Assembly: GCF_000143415.4 (NCBI RefSeq)
Contig: NW_003314262.1
Coordinates: 5,738,304-5,802,303 of the forward strand
Reading direction: 5' to 3'
Source: Selaginella moellendorffii
Taxonomy: Eukaryota; Plantae; Lycopodiophyta
DNA length: 64,000 nt
Below are positions 10,053 to 22,590 of this stretch, one piece after another. Each line of letters begins with the position of its first letter. Position 1 is the first letter of the stretch. Made by a program: the position numbers and the translations under genes. The notes under the pieces were generated by a model that did not search any database, was not told the origin of the DNA, and saw only the letters and a list, made by a program, of their open reading frames with translations.

Positions 10053-12644
10053 ATGCAGAGAGCCATGGGGGTGGTGCCGAGTTCGAGGCTTGCAGAAATC
10101 ATACGGAATGAACTCACGCAAAAAAAGCTTTGCAGTAGTTTCACGCAGGTTGCACGGGACAGGTCGGCTTCCTTTCTTCTCTCTTGGTATAAAGATAAAT
10201 GCAAAGTCGGCAACATAGCACCTCGGTTCGTTTACTTTCGTTCTCGTTCTTGCTGTAAGTTTTTGCATACATGTCTGTTGTTTTGAGCGAGATCTTTTGA
10301 ATGCAGGTTGCGGCTAGCAGAAACGAAGGATGTTGAGTTTTAAGAGGCCTGTTTTGTTGGCTGGAAGACTGTTCAGGAACTCGCACTCGACAAATGGCTA
10401 GAATTGTTGTCTTTTAGTAACGAACTTTGGCTCAAGGTTGTGAACAGGTGATCTGTCATTCCTCGACTCTGTCGACCATTACTTCAACAAAGCTGCAGAG
10501 ATATCATCCGTGGACAAGGGATTGCTGGCATTCATCAAGGTAGACATGATATATGGTTGCTGTTGAATAATGGTTTCCTCTTTTTTTTTTAGGCCTGTAA
10601 CAGCATTATCAAGTTCCACGTTCCCTTGAAGCGCGCTTGTGGGAAACTGGAGCTTATTGAAGGTTACAGAGCTCAGCATTCGCATCACAGGCTTCCAGGT
10701 TTTCAATCAATATCTGGCTAGAAGGTGTTTGAGTATTTCCGTTGTTTTCAGTGAAGGGAGGGATACGACTGGGACCAAATGTAGATGCCAACGAGACTAT
10801 GGCTCTTGCGGCGTTAATGACTTACAAGTGCGCAGTAGTCAATGTTCCGTTTGGAGGTGCCAAAGGCAGCGTCAGGATAGGTAGGTTGTCTGCTAATAGT
10901 CGCTTTAAGTCCTACAGTGTTTTCTGAATTTGGAAGATCCCTCCAAGTACACTTCTACAGAGAAGGAAGCAATTTTAAGGCGTTATACTGTCGAGCTTGT
11001 CAGAAGAAATTACATGGGTCCTGCAATAGTATGATCTGTCCTTCAGTTCCTCCTTCTAAAGAAACTTCTATGTCTTCAGGATGTTCCAGCTCCGGACTAC
11101 GGAACGGGTTCGCTGGAGATGGCATGGATTAAGGTGGGCTTCGCTTTCTACTTTCTGTCATGGATTAAAGTCCTTTTGGATTCTGTAGGACACATACAGT
11201 TTCTTAAGGCACACTGACATAAATGCTTCGGGGTGCGTGACCGGAAAACCAATATCAGAGGTGATCACTTGGATTTTCGTTGTTCTTCTAAACTTCTAAT
11301 CTTCTAGGGGGGAATACAAGGAAGGCAGGAAGCTACGGGACTCGGTGCATTTTTTGTTTTGAGAGAGTTCTTTAATGACGAGGTAGCTTTTGATTTTTCA
11401 ATCAACAATATAACAGCTCCTGGCATTTGCCACAGGATCTTGTACGCAAAGTCGGACTTACTCGAGGTGTAAAAGACAAAACTTTTATTGTTCAGGGTTT
11501 GGGAAACGTTGGTCTTCATGCAAGCGAGGTAAATCGCTAGCTTAAAAGTATACCTGTGCATAAAGGTTTTTCTTTTAGTTTATACACAAGGCTGGAGGTC
11601 GAATAATCGCCATAGCTGAACGCCACGGAGGACTTGTTGACGAGACTGGCAAAGGTCTGGATATTGAAGTTGTTAAAAGTTATCACAAGAAAAACGGTAC
11701 CTTGAATGGATTGCCCAACGTCAAAAACGTAAGTAAAGCACTTTATCTTTCCATCACGTTTCTTACTGTCTGATAGATTACCGACACTGAGAAAATTTTG
11801 GAGCTCCCGTGCGACGTGCTGATACCGGCGGCCTTAGAGTCCCAGATTCATTCCGGGAATGCTGATCGTATCAAGGTGCATTGCATTCGAGAAAGGTTCT
11901 TTTTCATTTTCCAACGCACCCTTGTTTCTCTGTTGCAGGCTAAAGTGATAGCAGAAGCTGCAAATGGACCTCTCACGCCTGCCGCAGACAAGATTCTCGA
12001 AGGCAAAGGCGTCGTTATTCTCCCGGATTTGCTCGTGAATGCGGTATCTGGGTACTTAACGGCGGTGAATTCTCGGAACATGACAAACGCTCCTGCAGGG
12101 TGGAGTCACTGTCTCTTACTTCGAGTGGCTAAAGAACCTGAATCATATTGAATTTGGACGCATGACTCGAAGAATGGAAGAGCATGGGAAGAGAGTAAGC
12201 TTCTATTAATCCTCTCTATTGTTTATCGTCCGAACTTAAGCCGGATTGATACAGGTTCTTCTCAGTGCCTTGGAAAACCAATATGGTAACGGACATAAAA
12301 TCCCGACGAGCCTGCGGGACGAATTATCGAGGGGGTAAGTTCTCAGTCATCCTGTTTTCCTCGTTTCTTAGTTTTTTTTTTTTTTTTTTTCATTTATTGC
12401 GAGCAGCAACACGGAAGTGGACTTCGTCCATTCCGGCTTGGAAGAAACGATGGTCACCGGCTGGGAAAATGTGAAGAAAACAGCACAAGAGAAGGTTAGA
12501 AATACACTCTTCCAGGATTTCTAGCTGAGAACTTCTTTCGTTCTCTCTGTTCTCTCGCAGGGCTGTAGTTTTCGCAAGGCTGCGTATCTGGTAGCAATCG
12601 AGAGAATCGCGAAGAGCATTGGAGACCAAGGGATATTTCCCTGA
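10053..12644 (+). CDS. GDH: NAD(P)-glutamate dehydrogenase, metazoan GLUD1-like type with antenna-like insert; probable mitochondrial presequence; first exons uncertain
   Basis: [115 protein letters not shown]; stop TGA 12642-12644. Confidence 0.93.
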
Positions 12645-12726
12645 GAAGAGAATTTCAAATTTAAAAAAACCGGATATTCCTCTTTTCTGGCTCTCTAGGG
12701 TTTAGCTAGGGCTCTTGGCGACGGCG

Positions 12727-14789
12727 ATGGAGGAGGCGCGGAGGAGGGCGCGGAGGCTGGAGTTGCCGAAATGCCGTGTCTTTGCCTCCGACACAGCGAG
12801 AGGCGGCCGGATCGGCGACGATTTCGGCGCCGATGATCGATTGCTCTATCTGGATTCCTACTCCAAGGAGCGGCTCATCGGTTTCTTGCAAGATGCCGTG
12901 CTGGAGCACCGCTGGGGTGAGGCATCCGGGGTTTGTAGCGCATTGCTTCGCTCGCTATCGCTGTGGTCCAGAAGCCACAAGGACACAAGGCAACTATTCA
13001 CGGTATTTGTGTGCGTTTGTGTGTTTTGTGCAAACTTTGTGTTACTTTGTTCTTCCATTCCAGATGGCTCTAGAAATTCTCGAGAAAATAGAACCCGATG
13101 AGGACAATCACACCCGATACAGGAAGCTTTTTAGTCTCATGTACAGTCAACAGCCACAAACTAGACACCTCGAGGGAAAAGTAAGTGCTTTTCTTCTTTC
13201 TTCCTTTTCTCATGAAAAATGTCCAGAGACTTCAAGGCGAAGTGGAATTCCACCTAGCAATTTATCTCTTGAGTGTAGGGGACTGGGAAGGTGCTTATAA
13301 CACTTTAAGAACGTAACTTCTTCGTGCTCTTGGCTTTCGTTTCCCCACGCAAACTAAAACTTTTCTTGATTGGGATCACAGAATAGCGGATGGTGCTTTG
13401 CGTGACGATCCGGGAGTGAACTTAACGTATGGCCAGGTACTGCATCATTTGTGGTACGAGCAAGTATGTGAAGAAGCAGGGATTAAAGACGTGAGCGAAG
13501 GTGCTGGTTCGTTTGGGGATTGGCAGCCAGAAACTCGAAGTGGCGATGAAGCTAAGGCCGTCGGAGAGGAAGAGTTAGTCAGAGACGTAGACGACGCAAG
13601 CGAAGAATCGAAAAACTCCACCTTAGCCGAAGTAACCAGGGACAAGCCGTTGAACAGAAAGCGGAAGAACTCGGAGGCTTCTGAGGATGATGATTTCTGG
13701 CCAAATGCTAGAGTCGAAATACAGCCAAGTAAGTGTTTCCTTTGTATTGACTCGTGGGGATATGGCTTCTAACTGGCGTTTCAGTTATGGATAGGAGATT
13801 GTTTCCTGTGCAAATTCCATACGAGCAGCCCAATGTTGAGTATATAGTTCCTTTATCACCTCGTTCGAAGGAATTTTACGATAAAGCCGTTGAACACTTA
13901 CAACGTGCGATTGCGTCGGCACCAGAAATGCTAGCAGCGTTGATTTGCCTCGTGCAAGTTCGTAGTAATTTTTCTTTTCACTATTTTTATGTTTATTTGT
14001 TCGTTTTTGCAGTTGTTACTTGCGACTGGCGATGTTGAGGGTGCTAATAAGGAGATCCAAATATGCTACCAGGCTACAAGGCATATCATACCATTAAGGT
14101 ATGGATCTAAGCACTTGTCGTGACTATTTGTCACTTGCCTTTAACAGCTTACGAATACTTCTGCTCGAGTCGCTCTCCGAGAAGGACTGGAATAGAATGG
14201 CTCAGTGCTACGAGGAGATACTGAGCCATAACCCGTCGTCCGTGGATGCCATCACTGGTTTAATCGGCTTGCAGGAGAAAGGTTGACTTCCATATCCGAA
14301 GTATTTGTAGCTGACAGTCGCTAGTATTACAGGTGAATATGCTACTGAATTGCTTATCAAAGCTATTGCCACCCATCTGGACGTGGAGCCTGGCTCAGTT
14401 CATGTTTGGCGTAAGCTTGCCGATTGCTTTATCGAGATCAGCTCACATATCAACAACGACGTGGGAGATATATCGGCTGAGGAGCTTGTTTCTGTGTTCC
14501 TGGACAGAAATTGGTGGATAACCAAGCACTTCCCTGAAAACTTAATAGCGGCCGACGAATCCGGTATGCTGGTTTCATTCTTCGATCCAACTTAAGTCTC
14601 AAACTTACAGCAAAGCGGTGGAAGATGGTTACCTACAAAGCTGCCTGCGCTGCTCATATATTTGGATCTTCTTTTTCGTATGTGACGAAGGCAACATATA
14701 TCTTGAAAGAGCTCGACAAGAAGCGTTTTCTGGGCAAGTTAACATCACACCAAGAGCAGTCCTTGAACTTGCTAGCAGAAGGTGCTTGA
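12727..14789 (+). CDS. TAF1A/Rrn11-like RNA polymerase I TBP-associated factor (TPR-like helical protein), multi-exon
   Basis: LQDAVLEHRWGEASGVCSALL, NLTYGQVLHHLWYE, EMLAALICLVQLLL, IATHLDV...VWRKLADCF, RNWWITKHF and YKAACAAHIFG resemble the plant TAF1_subA family; stop 14787-14789. Confidence 0.7.
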
Positions 14790-15315
14790 ATCCACTCCCT
14801 CAATCTTTTGAAGATGCAACGCAAAGCACCGTTCCTCATGGAATCCAGCGGCATGAAATGGTAAGTTTTATCTAAAGACATGCTTTTTCGTTTTTATTGA
14901 AATGACTTCCGAGCTACGAAGCATATAGTACCAATGTCTGCTCTGACAAAAATATGGTCTGGTATGGACTTCGCTTGTTTCTTCGACACTGGAATTTACA
15001 TTAACTTGCAGAGAACATCCTGGCTAAGTTGTACTAAGTTCTCGAAGAGCTCAACAAGTAACGTTCTTTTCGGGCATCGCACGCACCGAGAGAGCACTCT
15101 TTATACTTACTGGGGCTTATGATTCATTCTTTCCGTGGCCAACTAACGGGACCGCAAACAAACAACAAGACTGTTACACTTCGTTTAGCAACGCTCTCGA
15201 TCAACTCAACGTCTCACTCTGCTCGTTACAAGCCAAGCTTATGGAACACAACAGCGTTCGCTTACACAAAACTTAATCATCCAACTTCCAAGACACGAAG
15301 TCAATGTGACAATAA

Positions 15316-16082
15316 ATGGCAACTCCAGAACAAGCAGCTCCCTCTCGTGAATCGTAGATGGTAAGTTCCCACTCCTTTTTCTATTGACTAGAGAGAACGA
15401 GGACACGGGTCTCACTCACTCCTACTTTATTTTTTCTTTCTCCGCAGGAGCTGGAGCAGCAAGAATTCTGGATAAAGCCGCGCGCTCCACACTGTCCGAG
15501 AGATCGATCACTTTAAAATCCCGTGGTGTGACAGTTTGATTCAGCTCAAAGATAGCTCTCCTTGATCCACGAAGAAAAGAGAGAGTAAGCTTCTTCACTA
15601 CCAAGCAATCCAGCCAGAGAGGCCTCTGACCATTTCTATCTTTTTTTTTATACTTTACCAGGTACTTCTCACATGGTTGAATCACCTGGGGACGAGAATG
15701 ATGCCGGGGATATTCGCGGCCGTGACCCTGTTCACACCGCGACAGTTTAGAGCTTTTTTGGAGCCAGGTAATTATCCTCTTCTCGTTTGCTCGCTTGCTA
15801 CATCGCAGCTATGGAGATTTAATGGCGCTGGCGCTTGGTTCTTGCTAGGGTTTGGGCGTTTCTTGCTGCTTCTTTCGCAATCTCGGGCGTTTTCTCGGTT
15901 GCGATGGCGCGATCGAGGCGCTGCTGCTGGAGGTGGACCGTCGACGGCGTGCTACTTTGATCGATCGCAGCGCAGCAGAGGTATGCGGCTTCTTGCTTTC
16001 CTCTTTTTTCTCTGGCCTGCGAGAATGTAGCTTGGTATTTCGACCTGCATTCTCACGATTGTGTGTGTAGATGGGTCCTTGA
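15316..16082 (+). other. Putative multi-intron 5' leader with several uORFs upstream of the RLK gene
   Basis: GT-AG intron-like segments with pyrimidine tracts at 15361-15447, 15585-15661, 15768-15808 and 15981-16070; no long spliced ORF. Confidence 0.45.
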
Positions 16083-18224
16083 TGCTGCCGACGATGACCA
16101 TGGCGTGGTTCCTTCTTTCGCTTTGTCTGGGATCGATGCTAGCGCATTCCAGTGGCGCTGCTGGGATTCGTTTCCACAGTAGACGAGCCCTGCAAGCGCC
16201 GGATTCTGCGTTGCTGGCTCCCTATCAGGATATTGATCCTCGATCCTGGGCCCCTTTTCTTCCACCTCCAGTAGCTCCTTCTCCCAGTGAAGACCCACAG
16301 TCGTTCCAATCACCGGTTTCTTATTCTCCTCCATCTCCAGCATTCCCAGTTGCTACATCACCTTTGCAAAAGCCTGCTGCGGTGGTTCTTCCCGCTTGGC
16401 TAGCGACTGCAGCTCCAAGTCCTCATTCACCAGGTACGTTTTCTCCGAGGAAAAACAAGGAAACTTGAAGAATTGAGCTTGTTCTTCCTGTGCAGGGCCT
16501 TTGCTTGCAAAGCATGAGCTTGACGAAGATCAGGGGCTGCCAAAGCTCACCAAAGGCATGCTGCTTACAGTTGTTCTCGTCCCAACTCTGCTCGGGGGCT
16601 CAATCCTGTTCTCGACTTTCGTTGCATGGATGTGCCACCGGCCTCCATCTCTGAGGCATTCGCCGGCTGGTAGCCAACGCAGTGACGGATACTCGTCCGG
16701 TACGTCGGTACTCGCTGGTTGCGGTTTTGTAACTGAGCTATTCTTTTGTAGGTGGTTCCGGACGAGGCCCGTTTGCACCGTGGCTGTGGGGACGTAGTTT
16801 CAATGCCCCTCGAAAGGAACTCGCTCATTCTTTCGAGTTTCCTTTGCTCCAGGCAGCAACTAGCAATTTCGGTACTGCCAACTTGTTAGGAGAGGGCGGC
16901 TCTGGACGCGTTTACAAGGCACGACTAGACGACGACTGTTTTGCGGCAGTTAAATTATTGTTTAGCGAGGGGAAACAAGCGGAACAAGGATTCCAGGTTG
17001 GTTTTTCTAGATATTGAAGCAAGACTAGACATTTATCTTCTTGGGTGCTGTTTTTCCAGGCTGAGGTTGAACTCTTGAGTGGGATTCGCCATCCGAATCT
17101 CGTCTCCTTGCTAGGATTTTCCAGCCACGGAGATCAGCGGCTTCTGGTGTACGAGTATATGCAGAATGGATCTTTGCAAGATCAACTCCATGGTACGTTA
17201 ACCAGGTTATTGTCCAAATAGCTTACACGCTTTTATCCATTTTCAAGGTCCTCTAAAGGGATCGATTCTTTCGTGGCACCTGAGAATGAAAATCGCACTT
17301 GACTCGGCAAGGTAACTTGGATAAAGTTTTTGTGGTTTTCTGAAGCTCATAGTCAATGTCATTTGCAGAGGTTTGGAACACTTGCACGAGCACTGCAACC
17401 CTCTTGTAATCCATCGGGATTTTAAATCGTCCAACATCCTTTTGGACGCAAGCTTTAATGCCAAAGTTCGGATGAAACATGTGACTTGAATCGGAATTAA
17501 GCTTTTCTTCATTCTTTACACAGGTTGCGGACTTTGGGCTTGCACTGTCTGCTCCAACTGGAATCAGGCAGGACGAGATCGTTCGGGGAACTCTTGGCTA
17601 TGTTGCCCCGGAATACATCCTGAATGGTAACAAAACATATCCATTGTGCAACACTAGCTCACTGCGGAAAACTTTTGTGCAGGGAGCCTCACGGAGAAAA
17701 GTGATGTGTATGCATTCGGAGTTGTTCTTCTGGAGCTTATAACTGGGAGAAAGCCGATCGATCCATCCATGCCAACGGGATCTGAGTCGCTAGTTACTTG
17801 GGTATGTTGAATCCTTGTCTTGAGCCTTTTGGTTCTGAGAGGTTTCTCTTACTCTAGGTTCTGCCGCTCTTGGGGGATCGAGCATCGTTGCCAACGGTGA
17901 TAGATCCTGTTCTCCAAGGAACCGTGGATACAAAGCATCTCCATCAGGTGAGAAACTTTGTCGAAGGTTGTCTGAAGGTTGTCTGATGGCCTGCTTGTGT
18001 AAATTTTCCAGGTTGCTGCAGTAGCAATGCTGTGTGTGCAAGCAGAGCCGAGTTATAGGCCACTCATTGCGGATGTTGTGAATTCCTTGATCCCGCTCGT
18101 TCCGATTGAGCTGGGAGGGACATTGCGTGTTGCAGAGACGGTGCTCGAGAACAAGTCATTTGCGGCATTGCAATGGAACGTATCCTCCAATGACTCCATT
18201 GTATATGGGGAGGATGCTTACTAA
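16082..18224 (+). CDS. Receptor-like kinase with short Pro/Ser-rich ectodomain, one transmembrane helix and a Ser/Thr kinase domain, multi-exon
   Basis: Signal peptide, PPPVAPSPS ectodomain, [112 protein letters not shown]. Confidence 0.92.
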
Positions 18225-20229
18225 CGTTTGTGTATGTTTAACTCTTTCGTATTTGAATTATTATTATTACCATTGAGACTAAGTAATTTCTCAGAGAAAT
18301 GATCCTCGTCACTTGTTCTCTAACTAAAGGGACAATCAAAACCAGAAGATAATATTAGTTAAAAAACCTGAGAGACAATAACACGGTTGAAGTTCTCCAT
18401 TTAAATTCTTGACACAGAAATTCAATGGTATTGCTCTGGAGATTGGTGGAGATCAATTTATAAGCTATGCACGATCTGGTTGTCAACATCTTCTTTGCAG
18501 ATTGCAATCCCTGGATATTAGTAAAAGAGTTGAATAGTGAGGAAGATTATTTTCTTGAGTGCATGTTGCAACCAAGATTTTTGAGCAATTAAGAAAAAGA
18601 AAGTAGTACCTCATCATTTATTTTTTGTTAACTCTAATAAACTTCACATTATGAAAAAATAAAAACTTATTTTTTTAATAAAAAATAAAAGAGATTAATT
18701 TATTTATCGTGTAATAAATGCCTGTAACAATGTAATAGGGCTATACACTTGCCAGATGTCAAACTAAAGTAATTTTATATTCCACATGAATATACTATAT
18801 ATCACCTCACATTTGGCAAGAAACTATGCAACGTCCATAGATCACACTACCTCTCCAATGCAATACAACATGTAATTACTCATTACTATATAAGTACAAC
18901 CAAGCAATTAGATGCAATTGATAGTGATCATTGATCTTCTGCGATGAGGACGGCCTAGCCGGCAGCACGAGCCCATTCTCGGAGAATCGAGACACGCCCG
19001 GCATGGAGAGAAGCTGTGGCCAAGGTCAAGTTAAATTTTCTAATTTTGGAATTATAGGTGACATATTATTACTAGAATAGTATGTAGGGAATTGCTTAAC
19101 TATACTATATAATCTTAACAAGATTGAAGTGTATAGTAAAATAAGATTAAAGTGTACATCAATCATCAAAGTATGTATAGTATGTATAAGCTCAGAACTA
19201 ATTTTGTTTGATTTCTTAAGGGTATTAAAGGAGTGAGTAATAGTTTGTTTTATTTATTTCTATAAAAATGTAAAGCATGTGATTTCGACCATGGTGTATA
19301 TGATAGCCATGAAGTAAAACTTAACCCTTGGACATATGTAATTGAGTGGGTTATGAGTTTTAGGGCCTTCTATAAAGAGTGCCAATATCAAGCCTAATAT
19401 ATAAAATAAAGTAAATGAAATATAACACTATCACATGTTTCCACATATACACAAATAATATTTACCTCAAGAATAAGTAAAATATTACACCCTCAAAGTT
19501 ATCCTTTTCTATCTGACATAGACATTAGCTAATCTTGTAAAGTATTTCTAAGAGATTCCATATATAAATTCAAATATAGGTTGGTAATTACAAATTCCCA
19601 TTTATATATGTATTAAAAAAAATTATTTTTCATTGAGCACTACTATTAAGAAAACCAACCATTTCTTGAATAAATAAAACATTTATATTTATAAACATAT
19701 TTTATAATTTATAAACACAAGATTAATCTTATTATATATATCAACCCATGAAATGGTAAAATAAACTAGAATATACTAATAATTATTTAAGAAATGTTAT
19801 AAATAAATTATAAATAAAAAATTAATTTAAATGAATAACAACTGGTTAGATGGTAGAATATCCTAGAATACCCAAGCATATTCTATGTATATTCACTACC
19901 ACTTACAAATTGAATATTATACTCTTACAGTAGAGAGAATAAAGTAGAGTGTAAAGTTGGTTCTGAGTGGAAAAGTATTCTTAATAAGGGAACCTTGAAG
20001 AAGATTGCACCCAACACACAATGATCCCAAGCATAGAAGAGTGTTAAGCAAACATAAAAACACAGAGTTTCAAAACATCTCTAGCACTCCAAGCTTCTTG
20101 GCCGCTCCAAAACCAGCCTCCATATGCCACCAGCCCCTCTTGGGTGCTGCAGGGCCTAAGGTCATCACATAACAACATATCTTTCCTGATTTAAAATATC
20201 AAACTTAAAATTAAATCAAGTGCTAGTGA

Positions 20230-22011
20230 CTAAATACTAAACCCTCTCATTGCTGCCCGAGTGCCAATGGAGGAATCATAATACATGGCACATGCACCCA
20301 GCAAGCACTCCCACTCCAGTGCTTCGTCCTCAAAGGGCATATTGAGGATCAAGTCCTCAGCAGCAGCCAGGAAACCAGCTCGCCCAAGCAGATCAACCAT
20401 ACAAAAGAAGTGTTGCCTTGTTGGTGAAACTCCATAGTCCATAGCCATTGAGACCAAGCAACACCTCCCAGCATATAATCCCCCCGCACGGCTACAAGCA
20501 ATGAGAAACGAAGCCACACATGAATCATTGGGTGTTACGCAGTGAGCAGCCATTGAACTTAAGGTGAGATCTATTTTGTTTTGTGATAGCTCTCCTTGAG
20601 CATAGCAGGATAGCAGTGCTGACCAAGAGCCAGAGTCTGGATCTGGAATGGTGTCGAAAACACTCTTAGCTTTGAGCGGATGCCCGTTTTGGGCATATGC
20701 ATATATCAATGCGTTCCAACAGGGGGTGTCCCTGTAGAGCGTTCTAGCAAATATTCCCAGCGATTCTTGGATATGCCAGTTTTGGGCATATGCAGCAAAC
20801 ATGGTAGTGCATGAAAAACAGTCCCACTCGGGCATTTGGTCAAATACATACTTAGTGTACTCGAGATCCCGTGCATAGGCATAACCTGATAGGATAGATG
20901 TCCATGACGCTAGGTTTTTCCGAGGCATGTTATGGAACTTCTCTTGTGCTTTCTCTATTTTTCCGTCTTGAGAAAGAAGAGAAAGTTTCAAGTTGCATGA
21001 TACAATATCCAGACACGGCATTTGCCCAAGCATGGCATCCACTTGTCGGGTTTCTCCATGTTGAGCATATGCTAACAACATTACGTTGCAAGCCAGAGTG
21101 TCCAGCTCTGGGATTCTCTGGAATATCTCTATAGCTTCTCTAAGATTTCCACCATGGGCGTTAGCTTTTAGCATAGCAGTCCAAGATAACAAGTTTCTGT
21201 ATGGCATCTCATCAAATATTTGCTTCGAGAGCTCAACGCTTCCTCCCTCGGCATATGCTGCGAGAAGAGCAGTTGAGCAGACCACATCCCACTGTGGCAT
21301 CTTATCATAGATTTCTTTGGCACCATCTAGGCTATTAGCTTCCAAAAATGCAGCCACAAGTACCGTCCAGCTCACCAGGTTCCTCTCCGGCATCTCTAAA
21401 AACACCTTAAACGAGTCGCAGAGATTCCCTACATGGGAATATGCCAAGAGCATTGCATTCCACGACGCAAGATTCCTCTCAGGCATCTGGAGGAATATGT
21501 TTCGAGACTCTACAACCAGTCCGGCCTGAGCATATGCGCCAAGCATTGCTGTCCAGGCAATGAGGTCATAAACAGGCATAGAATCAAACAGCACCTTGGC
21601 ATCTAGCAGATGCCCTTTATCGGCACAAGCCGAAACCATGGTAGTCCAGCTCACAAGATCCCTCGCTGGCACGTTTGCAACAGAAGTTCTAGATTCCCGC
21701 AGATGCCCATCTGCGGCATTTGCTGACATCGACAGATTCCAAGGCATTTGGTCGAAGAGCTCCCGGGCTTCTGCGACATGGCCATTTCGTATGTACGCAG
21801 AGAGCATGAGATTCCATGAGTAAGTGTCCTTGGCGGCAATGTGGTCGAACACGTGGCGCGCATCCAGAGGGCTGCCGTACCTTCCGTAGAGCTGGATGAG
21901 CTTGTTGAGGAGGAAAGTGTCATTCTGGAAGGCTCCGGAGATTGATGCGTGGATGTCAGTAGCATCAGCGAGGCTCTTACAACAATGGATTGCCTCAAGC
22001 CATCTATTCAT
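20230..22011 (-). CDS. PLS-class pentatricopeptide repeat protein with tandem short motifs, ending in a partial E domain (no DYW)
   Basis: Single exon with repeated MPERNLVSW-type ~31-aa motifs; HFFCMVDLLGRAG...LILNMPFE...WECLLGAC; likely start M at 22011. Confidence 0.88.
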   Translation of the reverse strand: MNRWLEAIHCCKSLADATDIHASISGAFQNDTFLLNKLIQLYGRYGSPLDARHVFDHIAAKDTYSWNLMLSAYIRNGHVAEARELFDQMPWNLSMSANAADGHLRESRTSVANVPARDLVSWTTMVSACADKGHLLDAKVLFDSMPVYDLIAWTAMLGAYAQAGLVVESRNIFLQMPERNLASWNAMLLAYSHVGNLCDSFKVFLEMPERNLVSWTVLVAAFLEANSLDGAKEIYDKMPQWDVVCSTALLAAYAEGGSVELSKQIFDEMPYRNLLSWTAMLKANAHGGNLREAIEIFQRIPELDTLACNVMLLAYAQHGETRQVDAMLGQMPCLDIVSCNLKLSLLSQDGKIEKAQEKFHNMPRKNLASWTSILSGYAYARDLEYTKYVFDQMPEWDCFSCTTMFAAYAQNWHIQESLGIFARTLYRDTPCWNALIYAYAQNGHPLKAKSVFDTIPDPDSGSWSALLSCYAQGELSQNKIDLTLSSMAAHCVTPNDSCVASFLIACSRAGGLYAGRCCLVSMAMDYGVSPTRQHFFCMVDLLGRAGFLAAAEDLILNMPFEDEALEWECLLGACAMYYDSSIGTRAAMRGFSI

Positions 22012-22442
22012 AAGGTAACAAGGAAAAAGATGCGAGAGAATATCCCAAGGTCGTTTAGGGCAACCATTCCAAAAGGGTGAAAAAGGTGAAAGGAAAAAAA
22101 TAACGAATTCTTTCTTCCGGGCTTTCCGCCGGTCAGAGCAAATCCCACGGTCCAAAGTGGGACGCCAGGGGCCAATGGAAGCCGCCCGATGGGGCCATCT
22201 ACGGCTGATATTGCGCCTGCCACGACGCTCGGGCGCTCCCAGACCTAGCCCCGGCCCCGGCGCGGTTTAGGTTCGGCACCGAAGCTTCCCCGCCTTCTTC
22301 TCGCCAAAACAATGAGCCGGCATGGAATGGACTTGGTGCCGGTGTCTCTTTTCGCTAACCCTTTGCTCCTCATTCTTTTGATGCGCGCCTCCATCGTGTG
22401 CCGCCGCGCCTAGGGAAGGAAGTAAGCGAGCGATCCAGCGCT

Positions 22443-22466
22443 CGATCGATCGATCGATCGATCGAT
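22443..22466. repeat. (CGAT)n self-complementary microsatellite in the shared PPR/YTH promoter region
   Basis: cgatcgatcgatcgatcgatcgat. Confidence 0.9.
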
Positions 22467-22590
22467 GCCAGCGGCCTAGGGCGCCCGCGCCGCCGCGGTT
22501 TGTTTGATGCGCTTGTTCGTTGCAGAGGAGGAGAATCGGCGCGCTTCTTCGTGAATTCTGGCGCCGCATTGCGAGGTCTTCCCACGGATT

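Noticed and set aside
18930-19030. GC-rich island within AT-rich intergenic DNA
   Set aside because: About 100 bp, with no ORF, structure or convincing match elsewhere in the window.
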